From IMG/VR virus record IMGVR_UViG_3300012919_000008, positions 1 through 55,741 of that record: a DNA stretch of 55,741 nucleotides, one strand, 5' to 3'. Below the pieces are notes generated by a model, which saw nothing but the letters and a program-made list of their open reading frames with translations, made no database searches and was not told where the DNA came from. This document shows, one piece after another, positions 27,736 to 35,290 of the stretch. Position 1 is the first letter of the stretch. Each line of letters begins with the position of its first letter. This stretch comes from a virus (Duplodnaviria; Caudoviricetes). A program made the position numbers and the translations under genes.

Positions 27736-27915
27736 ATGGTAAAAATACCTGACGATATGGATGTACCACGTATCCGTAGAGATACGAATAACCTTGATAA
27801 TGTAATGTGGTTAGTACGCAATTTGTCTGTGAGAAACAGTCAACACCCTGAGTTTAAAAACGTATTCTCACAGGTGTTAAAGCTAAAAGCGAAACATTGG
27901 GAGAAACTAAGATGA
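27736..27915 (+). CDS. 59-aa hypothetical protein; absent from the ORF track
   Basis: AGGAGG RBS; MVKIPDDMDVPRIRRD... Confidence 0.55.
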   Translation: MVKIPDDMDVPRIRRDTNNLDNVMWLVRNLSVRNSQHPEFKNVFSQVLKLKAKHWEKLR

Positions 27916-28847
27916 TCAACACAGTATTTTCAGCATGTGATGGTGGCTCTATGCTACAGGAAGCTATGGTTAGGGCAGGTGTATTATCACCTGTCTACAG
28001 ATACTATGCCAGTGAGATAGACAAGTATCCTATCAAAGTGACACAGGCTAATTGGCCTGATACCCAACAGGTAGGTGACATACACAATGTAGACCTACAC
28101 ACATTCAACGGTGATCCTATTGACTTCATGGCAGGTGGGTTTCCTTGCCCCTCATTTTCAGTGGCAGGTAAAGGCAAGGGCTTTGACGATCCTAGAGGAC
28201 AAATCTTTTGGGAGATCGTGCGTTTGAAAGAGGCACTCAAACCCAAGTGGTTTCTGTTTGAGAACGTGCCTATGAAGCAGGAGTATCAGGACGTTATCAA
28301 CAAGCATCTAGGTGTGGAACCTATCGAGATTAATAGTAGCCTTGTGTCGGCACAGAACAGACGTAGACTATACTGGACTAACATACCACAGTCAGGTCTA
28401 CCAGAGGACAAAGGCATCATGCTCAAGGACATACTAGAGGATGGTTATGTGGACAGAGATAAGTCCCATTGCCTAGATGCTAACTACTGGAAGGGTGGTA
28501 ATCTTAAGACATACTTTGAGAAGCACAGACGACAGCTAGTATTTAGTAAGGATCAGATGTGTCACGTTGGTGACGCTGACCTCAACGGACATGGCTATCT
28601 TAAACGTGTCTACCATTCGTCAGGGAAAGCTCCAACCCTGACAAGTAACGGTGGTGGCAATCGTGAGCCAAAGGTTTATGTCGAGCCAATGAAGTATCGT
28701 AAGCTGACACCTCTGGAATGTGAGAGATTGCAGACACTGCCAGACAACTACACCAACCATGTATCTAACACTCAAAGATACAAAGTATGCGGTAATGGAT
28801 TTACCGTAGACGTTATTGCCCACATACTGAAAGGACTAAAGATATGA
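27912..28847 (+). CDS. DNA (cytosine-5) methyltransferase
   Basis: Catalytic GGFPC, ENV, QNRRRLYW, RLQT, GNG motifs. Confidence 0.9.
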   Translation: MINTVFSACDGGSMLQEAMVRAGVLSPVYRYYASEIDKYPIKVTQANWPDTQQVGDIHNVDLHTFNGDPIDFMAGGFPCPSFSVAGKGKGFDDPRGQIFWEIVRLKEALKPKWFLFENVPMKQEYQDVINKHLGVEPIEINSSLVSAQNRRRLYWTNIPQSGLPEDKGIMLKDILEDGYVDRDKSHCLDANYWKGGNLKTYFEKHRRQLVFSKDQMCHVGDADLNGHGYLKRVYHSSGKAPTLTSNGGGNREPKVYVEPMKYRKLTPLECERLQTLPDNYTNHVSNTQRYKVCGNGFTVDVIAHILKGLKI

Positions 28848-29191
28848 GTACAGACTACAGAGTTGAAATGCAGCAGGAAGAAAAGCTAAGAGAAATAATG
28901 GAGAAACAGGTTGATGCACTAGTTAAGGTGAGTATTCCAGAAGAGGATGCTTACGAAATGTTAGAGGCTTGGCATCTAAAAAATGGATATCCATTTATAA
29001 AAACTGATCTTAAAGTGTATGATGTAGTTAAGCTATGGGAGGAGCAGACAGGCAGGACTATACCCACAGATATTGTAGACGCTATGAAGTTTCTGCAATG
29101 GCAGGGACGCAATGGTGACACACGTAAGTTCAAGGACAGGAGCATAATACAAGTGCTCAGATATTTTATTAAATACTATGAGGAGAAGTAA
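28844..29191 (+). CDS. Hypothetical protein
   Basis: 115 aa with ATGA coupling. Confidence 0.6.
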   Translation: MSTDYRVEMQQEEKLREIMEKQVDALVKVSIPEEDAYEMLEAWHLKNGYPFIKTDLKVYDVVKLWEEQTGRTIPTDIVDAMKFLQWQGRNGDTRKFKDRSIIQVLRYFIKYYEEK

Positions 29192-29192
29192 T

Positions 29193-29411
29193 ATGGACCA
29201 TGATTTGTTTCAAGAGTGGTTAGACAATTGTCCTGCGGAGATCAAGTCATATAATGTACATGGAGATATAGTAGTGGCAACATTCCATGTGCCATCTGAG
29301 CATGACCCCAATGCCTATGATCATGGCAGAGAGATGCAGGACGAACCTGAACAGTATGAGAGTGATCACAGTGTAAGGTCATACATTTATGGAGATGGGA
29401 GAATGCAATGA
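29193..29411 (+). CDS. Hypothetical acidic protein
   Basis: GAGGAG RBS before ATG at 29193. Confidence 0.55.
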   Translation: MDHDLFQEWLDNCPAEIKSYNVHGDIVVATFHVPSEHDPNAYDHGREMQDEPEQYESDHSVRSYIYGDGRMQ

Positions 29412-29611
29412 GTATCGACAGTGTATATCACATATTGGTGCAGGACTTCATAGGCAGGGACATATATGTTCCTTGGAGAACTACACCACACGAAAAACAC
29501 GTGGAAGAACACCACTATCCATCTGCTAAAAAGGCAGACAACCTAGTACCCACCAGACCAGCACCACCGATAGACACTAATCGTGGCACTAACTTGGACA
29601 TACTGGCATAA
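29408..29611 (+). CDS. Hypothetical protein
   Basis: 67 aa with ATGA coupling. Confidence 0.5.
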   Translation: MSIDSVYHILVQDFIGRDIYVPWRTTPHEKHVEEHHYPSAKKADNLVPTRPAPPIDTNRGTNLDILA

Positions 29612-29629
29612 TCATAAAGGAGAAAACAA

Positions 29630-29905
29630 ATGCCTAGAACTAACTTTGGAAAAACAAGAACCCATGACAACCCATATGCTATCTACTCAGATGGTAGAGG
29701 TTGGGAGTGGAGAGTGTTGAAGACCTACAAACATTCATCTGCTGAAAAGAATGACGGCTTTGCTAGATGGTATGTGTCAGCCACATCTCCCCTGATGCAC
29801 AAAGGATCTTACGAGTATGGTGACACATATTGCAGAGACATAAAGGATAACTTCTTAGTGAAGTTAGTATCTGCTGACGAAGAGTGGATGAAAGAGTATG
29901 GTTGA
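29630..29905 (+). CDS. Hypothetical protein
   Basis: AAGGAG RBS; aromatic-rich (GWEWRVLKTY, YEYGDTY). Confidence 0.65.
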   Translation: MPRTNFGKTRTHDNPYAIYSDGRGWEWRVLKTYKHSSAEKNDGFARWYVSATSPLMHKGSYEYGDTYCRDIKDNFLVKLVSADEEWMKEYG

Positions 29906-29922
29906 GGTGGGACAGTCCCACC
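29906..29922. promoter_or_regulatory. Palindrome copy 4, GGTGGGACAGTCCCACC
   Basis: Central base is A; lies 13 bp upstream of TTGACA at 29936. Confidence 0.8.
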
Positions 29923-29996
29923 ATTTAGGTTATACTTGACACGACATACTGGTATAATGTACTGTATATCCAACTTAACCAAAAGGAGAGTCTGTT

Positions 29997-30245
29997 ATGA
30001 CAACAGCAAACAAAATACAAAAGCAATTAGAACTACGTGGACGTATACTTAACAGGGACTTTATCTTTAGGAAGCGAGTTAAGAAAAGGAGATGGGAGTT
30101 TGGTAAAGAACTCAAAGAGTTTAAGTCTTATCAGTTTGGCAAGTACTCTATCTATCTTTCCAAACAACCTATCGTGTTCTGGAACATGCAAGGGCTAGTG
30201 TCCACAACTAAGCGTGACTATTCTGTGCAGCCCATACTTAGATAA
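29997..30245 (+). CDS. Basic hypothetical protein
   Basis: AAGGAG RBS. Confidence 0.6.
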   Translation: MTTANKIQKQLELRGRILNRDFIFRKRVKKRRWEFGKELKEFKSYQFGKYSIYLSKQPIVFWNMQGLVSTTKRDYSVQPILR

Positions 30246-30266
30246 CAGGACGAGAGGAGGTCTGTT

Positions 30267-30443
30267 GTGCGTATCAAACCAATCAATCCAGTTGCACGTG
30301 AGATGGCGTACAATAGACCTCGCACTCAAATTGTAAAACCCAAAAAGGGAAAGGGGTCATACAGCAGGAAGAGGAACAAACATAATGATGCAGTCACAGT
30401 TGACATTTCAAAAGATGCCAGCAAAAAAGGTGGCACTTACTAA
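30267..30443 (+). CDS. ArfA-like small basic protein (58 aa, GTG start); absent from the ORF track
   Basis: GAGGAGG RBS; MRIKPINPVAREMAYNRPRTQIVKPKKGKGSYSRKRNKH... contains the ArfA signature KKGKGSYxRK. Confidence 0.6.
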   Translation: MRIKPINPVAREMAYNRPRTQIVKPKKGKGSYSRKRNKHNDAVTVDISKDASKKGGTY

Positions 30444-30534
30444 ACCAAAGAGAGGTGCATGGAAAGTAGAAAGGCGTAAGCAACGTAAGTTTAAATACAA
30501 CCAAAGGAGCATGGAATATTATGGTAGACACTGA
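30385..30534 (+). CDS. 49-aa basic peptide; absent from the ORF track
   Basis: GAGGA RBS; MMQSQLTFQKMPAKKVALTKPKRGAWKVERRKQRKFKY... Confidence 0.4.
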   Translation: MMQSQLTFQKMPAKKVALTKPKRGAWKVERRKQRKFKYNQRSMEYYGRH

Positions 30535-30787
30535 CATAGAGGACTTACTAAATTGGTGGTACAACAAGCCTGTCAATTGGGCTGGCACGTACAAGGAAGA
30601 CAGTGATGGTGTAGTCACACTCACTCTGTTTAAAAGACCAGCAGCGCGTAGCAAAGAGGAGAGTATAGATGACCAGCTGCAACGTGCTAGAGGTAGAGCA
30701 CCCAAGCAGGAGTATGGTGGGTACGATGGGCCTGACCCCACTACACATGGGGATTGGCAACACAATGGTAGGTGTACAGATTTTTGA
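30521..30787 (+). CDS. DUF1674 / SDHAF4 (Sdh8)-like protein
   Basis: C-terminus EYGGYDGPDPTTHGDWQHNGRCTDF matches the family signature ExGGxxGPEPTRYGDWExxGRCxDF. Confidence 0.7.
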   Translation: MVDTDIEDLLNWWYNKPVNWAGTYKEDSDGVVTLTLFKRPAARSKEESIDDQLQRARGRAPKQEYGGYDGPDPTTHGDWQHNGRCTDF

Positions 30788-30799
30788 GGGGGTGTATTT

Positions 30800-31237
30800 A
30801 TGTTAAGTGAAACCATACTTGCAGTAGGTGCTACGATCACGTGTCTTGCTCAGAACATTTACTTTGAGGCACGTGATCAACCTACCATAGGACAACGTGC
30901 AGTGGCAGAGGTGGTGTTGAACCGTGTGCATGATCCACGTTGGCCTGATACTGTGTGCGAGGTGATACGTGAAGGACCAACGTATAGTTGGAAGCAGGAC
31001 TACCCAATCAAACACAGGTGTCAGTTCAGTTGGTATTGTGATGGCCTATCAGATAAACCAAAGGACCAACGTGCGTGGTCAAAGGCTATTGCCATAGCAG
31101 AGGACGTATTCTTTTCATATGGCTTATCAATTAACACGGTGGACGGTGCTACCTTTTACCATGCCACTAACGTAGACCCGGAGTGGAGAAACGTAGAGTA
31201 CATAGTAACAATAGAAGATCATATATTTTATAGATAG
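30800..31237 (+). CDS. Cell wall hydrolase (SleB/Hydrolase_2 family)
   Basis: CLAQNIYFEARDQ...AVAEVVLNRV...CQFSW...HIFY. Confidence 0.88.
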   Translation: MLSETILAVGATITCLAQNIYFEARDQPTIGQRAVAEVVLNRVHDPRWPDTVCEVIREGPTYSWKQDYPIKHRCQFSWYCDGLSDKPKDQRAWSKAIAIAEDVFFSYGLSINTVDGATFYHATNVDPEWRNVEYIVTIEDHIFYR

Positions 31238-31246
31238 GATAATGAC

Positions 31247-31741
31247 ATGAATATATTTTTTATAGACAAAAATCCAATCAAAGCAGCTCGACAACTATGT
31301 GACAAGCATGTGGTCAAGATGGTATTGGAAACTGCTCAGATGTGTAGCACTGCATTACATGAGTGGTGCTTTGAGGATGAACCTATATTGAAAGAGATAT
31401 ATAAACCTGCATACAAAAATCATCCCATGACTGTATGGGTACGAGAGAATGATGCCAACATGACATGGGCTGTAGCACATGGTCTTGAGATAGGCAGAGA
31501 GTACACACGTAGATATGGCAAGCACCATAAGAGCACAGCTATAATGAAGAAGATAGCTGCATATATGTTTCACGATAACTTTGACGAGGACTTCAGGTTA
31601 CACACCACACCACCACAGTGTATGCCAGACCAGTTTAAGTGTGACGATTATGTAGAGGCGTATCGCAACTACTATCGCACAGATAAGGCACACATATTAC
31701 AATGGACAAACACACCACAACCTACATGGATTGCAGCTTGA
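31247..31741 (+). CDS. Pyrimidine dimer DNA glycosylase / endonuclease V-like protein
   Basis: MNIF...DKHVVKMVLETAQM...NHP...EYTRRYGKHH...AYRNYY. Confidence 0.65.
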   Translation: MNIFFIDKNPIKAARQLCDKHVVKMVLETAQMCSTALHEWCFEDEPILKEIYKPAYKNHPMTVWVRENDANMTWAVAHGLEIGREYTRRYGKHHKSTAIMKKIAAYMFHDNFDEDFRLHTTPPQCMPDQFKCDDYVEAYRNYYRTDKAHILQWTNTPQPTWIAA

Positions 31742-31986
31742 CATGGAATGGGAAATAATATATTTAATCATGATGATTGTTGCGACTAACATCATGGGCT
31801 TTGGAGACTAGTATGATAGACAATTACTCTAGATTTTATAGACTGCCTAAGTATATACAGAAAGAGATAAAGTCTAAATATGATAAACCTTTTACTGTAG
31901 AGGCCATAGAATACGGCGAAAATTTATTTGAAGAACAAGTAGAAGAAGACATACAAACATTTCAAAACTATTAAAGGAGACTAACT

Positions 31987-32211
31987 ATGCCACAATACAA
32001 AGTACACCTATTGGTAGATCTTCTTGATTGTGAAGAACATGAGTTAGATAAGTTAATGTATGTGGTAAAAATATCACACGATATGGTAGAGCAACTGGAG
32101 TTGCACACGCCAGATAGTTTAGTAGCGTATGCGATAAATGACGCTGATCAAAATTATCCTGACGCTGATATATACTTGAATCATATAGAGGAAATACATT
32201 CAATACATTGA
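31987..32211 (+). CDS. Hypothetical acidic protein
   Basis: AAGGAG RBS. Confidence 0.55.
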   Translation: MPQYKVHLLVDLLDCEEHELDKLMYVVKISHDMVEQLELHTPDSLVAYAINDADQNYPDADIYLNHIEEIHSIH

Positions 32212-32225
32212 GAAAGGAGACCAAT

Positions 32226-32573
32226 ATGACCTATTCAGTCAGATTTATTATAGGTTCATTAGCATTGGTAGTGGTGCTGATGGTGTTAACATTTGTAGCA
32301 AATGCACAGCCAGTGGCATGTGCACCTATGAAAGAAACAATGCGTAAACTTTTACACGAACACAAGGAACTGCTTATATTCAGAGGCATATCTGCACGTG
32401 GACACATAACTATAATCCACTTAAATGAAGATACTGGCAATTGGACTGCATCAGTGATAAGACCAACTGACCCCACACTAATGTGTGGCGTAGATGCAGG
32501 AACAACAGGAGAGCTTATAGAAACTAATGATCAGGCAAACACCGAAAACTTTTGGTGCACTGACTGTGGCTAA
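32226..32573 (+). CDS. Putative exported protein
   Basis: AAGGAG RBS; hydrophobic signal-like N-terminus ending ANA. Confidence 0.55.
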   Translation: MTYSVRFIIGSLALVVVLMVLTFVANAQPVACAPMKETMRKLLHEHKELLIFRGISARGHITIIHLNEDTGNWTASVIRPTDPTLMCGVDAGTTGELIETNDQANTENFWCTDCG

Positions 32574-32775
32574 CAAAAAGATGTACTCTGATTTAGTTAC
32601 AGAGTTAGTATGGAAAGCTGCACATGCCGATCCCACTTACGACATACACAGAGCTAAAGTAGTATCTGATCTGTGTAAAGTGCCTGTAGCCACACTAATG
32701 AAAGTAGTAAGACACGCTCAAAGAACACCTAAAGCAGTTAGTTGGGATGTAATCAGTAACAAAATTATACAATAG
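32527..32775 (+). CDS. Hypothetical protein
   Basis: ORF in the operon; start uncertain. Confidence 0.45.
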   Translation: MIRQTPKTFGALTVANKKMYSDLVTELVWKAAHADPTYDIHRAKVVSDLCKVPVATLMKVVRHAQRTPKAVSWDVISNKIIQ

Positions 32776-32785
32776 GAGACATATT

Positions 32786-33253
32786 ATGCGTAAACCTATG
32801 ACAAAAGAACAGCGAGAAGCATCAGCTAAACGTCTTGAAAAAGCACGTGCAGCCAAACGTAAACCTGCCAATTTAAGTGTGCATGAGAGTGTACGTAACC
32901 TAGACAGTAGTCACCCTGTGAGCGTGGACAAAGTTAAGTCTTGGATTAAACACAACCAAGAGATGCTATCTTCTCTAAAAATGTCTTGTAGAAGAGATAA
33001 GGTTATACAGAAAAAACTTAACAATGAAATGAATATACTAGAAATGTATATACATAACATGAAGTTTTATTTACGCACTGGTTTGTGGCTAGACAGTGTG
33101 TACGGTAAAGACAGAGAGCACAGTGTAACTAGAAAGTGTACTGTTATGGCTTACGATAAGAATGGTAACGTTAAAAGATCAGTAGGTGTGCATTACCCTG
33201 ACATAGGACTGTACACAAAAGAGATGCAACAACAAGAAATGGAAGCGACATGA
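32786..33253 (+). CDS. Hypothetical protein
   Basis: AGGAG RBS; 155 aa. Confidence 0.65.
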   Translation: MRKPMTKEQREASAKRLEKARAAKRKPANLSVHESVRNLDSSHPVSVDKVKSWIKHNQEMLSSLKMSCRRDKVIQKKLNNEMNILEMYIHNMKFYLRTGLWLDSVYGKDREHSVTRKCTVMAYDKNGNVKRSVGVHYPDIGLYTKEMQQQEMEAT

Positions 33254-34131
33254 GGCCAATATCTGTGAAACGATTAGTCAACCTTTACGTGCAATCACCT
33301 GAGTTTAATCGCTTACGTGATAAAACTAAAGTAGACTATACAAGGTTCTTAAAAGTGTTGACAGATAGATTTGGAGAGAAGACAGCCAACAGTGTGACAG
33401 GCAAGGACGCAAAGATAGCCTACGAAGAGTGGGTTAAGCGTGGCATACAGTTAGCCAATCATGTAGCTGTTGTGTCTGGCAGGGCATACAGGTATGGGTT
33501 AGACATGGAGTATGTCAAGAACAATCCCTTTGCTTTGGTGCGTAAGCTAACACCTGCATCACGTAATGTAGTGTGGACAGAGGATCAGGTACGTGAGTTT
33601 CTTAACGTAGCCTATGGTGACTTTGTTTACCGTAACGTGGGACTGATAGTGCAGATGGCATACGAGTGGTGTCAACGTGTAGGTGACATGCGTATGCTTG
33701 AGTGGCAGTGCATAGACTTTGATAACAACCGTCTGAACCTGATACAATCTAAGAGAGGTGCAGTGGTGCACTTACCTATATCTGAATCTCTGTTGGATAT
33801 GTTAAAAGAACAGAGAGATGACTTTGACTTTCAGAAGTATGTCGTTCCCATGCCGACTCCTAGAGATGGAGAGTACATACCATTCTCTATGGAGAGGTTA
33901 TCTAAGATAGGCAGGAGGATTATGCGACAAGCAGGGCTACCTGAAGAGCTTAGACTTATGGACTTACGTAGAACTGGCACAACTGAGATGGTAGAGGCAG
34001 GTGTACCACTACCACAGATCATGTCTGTGACAGGACACGCTAATCCACAGTCAGTTAAACCCTACATAAAGAACACTTTCCTTAGTGCTAACAGTGCGTT
34101 GACTGCACGACAACAGTTTAAGGAAGAGTGA
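33250..34131 (+). CDS. int: Tyrosine integrase/recombinase
   Basis: CQRVGD (R), QSKR (K), MDLRRT, VTGH, terminal Y; upstream of primase as in HMO-2011-type phages. Confidence 0.85.
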   Translation: MRPISVKRLVNLYVQSPEFNRLRDKTKVDYTRFLKVLTDRFGEKTANSVTGKDAKIAYEEWVKRGIQLANHVAVVSGRAYRYGLDMEYVKNNPFALVRKLTPASRNVVWTEDQVREFLNVAYGDFVYRNVGLIVQMAYEWCQRVGDMRMLEWQCIDFDNNRLNLIQSKRGAVVHLPISESLLDMLKEQRDDFDFQKYVVPMPTPRDGEYIPFSMERLSKIGRRIMRQAGLPEELRLMDLRRTGTTEMVEAGVPLPQIMSVTGHANPQSVKPYIKNTFLSANSALTARQQFKEE

Positions 34132-34132
34132 T

Positions 34133-34531
34133 ATGCCATCTCGTAAAGAATATTATGTTGATTATCGTAAAAAATTACGTGACATTAACACTTACGAAGA
34201 CATAACAATGAAATGGTTAAACTATAAAATTTATAGAGTTAAGAGACAAAAAAAATCTAATGTTAGCTTCACGCTAACAGCAAAACAACTATTAGAACTA
34301 ATTCCTAAAGATTTAAAATGTCCTGTATTTAAAACTAAGTTTACATTTGGTAGAGATAACTTACTACATAACCTATCGTTAGATAGGATTGACAATAACA
34401 AAGGGTATGAAAAGGGTAATGTTGTGGTGGTATCTACTAGAGCAAACATAATGAAGAGTTCAGGCACTGTAAAAGAAATGTATCAGGTTGCAGATTTTTA
34501 CTATGAGTTAGAAAGGAAGCTGCATGATTGA
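34133..34531 (+). CDS. Putative HNH-like (homing) endonuclease
   Basis: CPVF...SLDRIDNNKGYEKGNV...RAN.MK; more AT-rich than its neighbours. Confidence 0.6.
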   Translation: MPSRKEYYVDYRKKLRDINTYEDITMKWLNYKIYRVKRQKKSNVSFTLTAKQLLELIPKDLKCPVFKTKFTFGRDNLLHNLSLDRIDNNKGYEKGNVVVVSTRANIMKSSGTVKEMYQVADFYYELERKLHD

Positions 34532-35279
34532 ATATATTAGAAGTTTAGATATTGCTGACGGTAGCTCAATACGTATGGACTGCCCTGAGTGCAAAGGACG
34601 TAAAACATTTACAGTGACCAACAACAATGGGCAGCTACTGTGGAATTGTTATAAAGCATCGTGCAATGTAAGAGGTACACACAAAATGAGAATGTCTGCT
34701 GAATCCATATATAGGAGATTAAATATGATTGAAGACAATACGATCACAGACTTTTGTATGCCAGTAAACATAGTGCCTTTGAGCAGTGAGTATGAACAGG
34801 CAATGGCATGGGCATTTGGTTGGGGTCTGTCACCAAATAGACATGGCTTGATGTATGATATACGTGAACACAGAGTTGTGTTTCCTGTAGTGCATGAGGG
34901 TATAACTGTGGACGCTACAGGCAGAGCAATAGGAAAGCGTTTGCCTAAATGGAAAAGATATGGTAGTAACAGGTTGCCTTACACATATGGTTATGGTAAG
35001 GTCGCAGTTGTTGTGGAGGATTGTATAAGTGCTGCTGTCGTTGGAGATGACCGACATACAGGGGTAGCGTTAATGGGAACTTCAATGTCTAACGAACAAA
35101 AACAGTATCTATCACAATTCTCTACAGCATTAGTTGCTTTAGATAGAGATGCAGTAAGCAAAGCCTTACAGCTAGCAAGGGAGTTAGACGGTGTAGTGGA
35201 CAAAGTTAAAGTTCTAATGTTAAAGGACGATTTAAAGTATGGGAATGATAGGGATATAGAATTACTTAACATGGCTTGA
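34524..35279 (+). CDS. DNA primase
   Basis: Zn finger CPEC...CYKASC; TOPRIM VVED and LDRD. Confidence 0.85.
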   Translation: MIEYIRSLDIADGSSIRMDCPECKGRKTFTVTNNNGQLLWNCYKASCNVRGTHKMRMSAESIYRRLNMIEDNTITDFCMPVNIVPLSSEYEQAMAWAFGWGLSPNRHGLMYDIREHRVVFPVVHEGITVDATGRAIGKRLPKWKRYGSNRLPYTYGYGKVAVVVEDCISAAVVGDDRHTGVALMGTSMSNEQKQYLSQFSTALVALDRDAVSKALQLARELDGVVDKVKVLMLKDDLKYGNDRDIELLNMA

Positions 35280-35290
35280 AAGGAGAAGTT

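Noticed and set aside
25064-29922. Palindromes as CRISPR repeats or terminators
   Set aside because: Spacing is 0.85-3 kb and irregular; a 1-nt centre with no U tract does not fit an intrinsic terminator.
29936-29958. Perfect TTGACA plus TATAAT pair
   Set aside because: The spacer is only 11 nt; the -10 box is more likely TACTGT at 18 nt, so no exact promoter was called.
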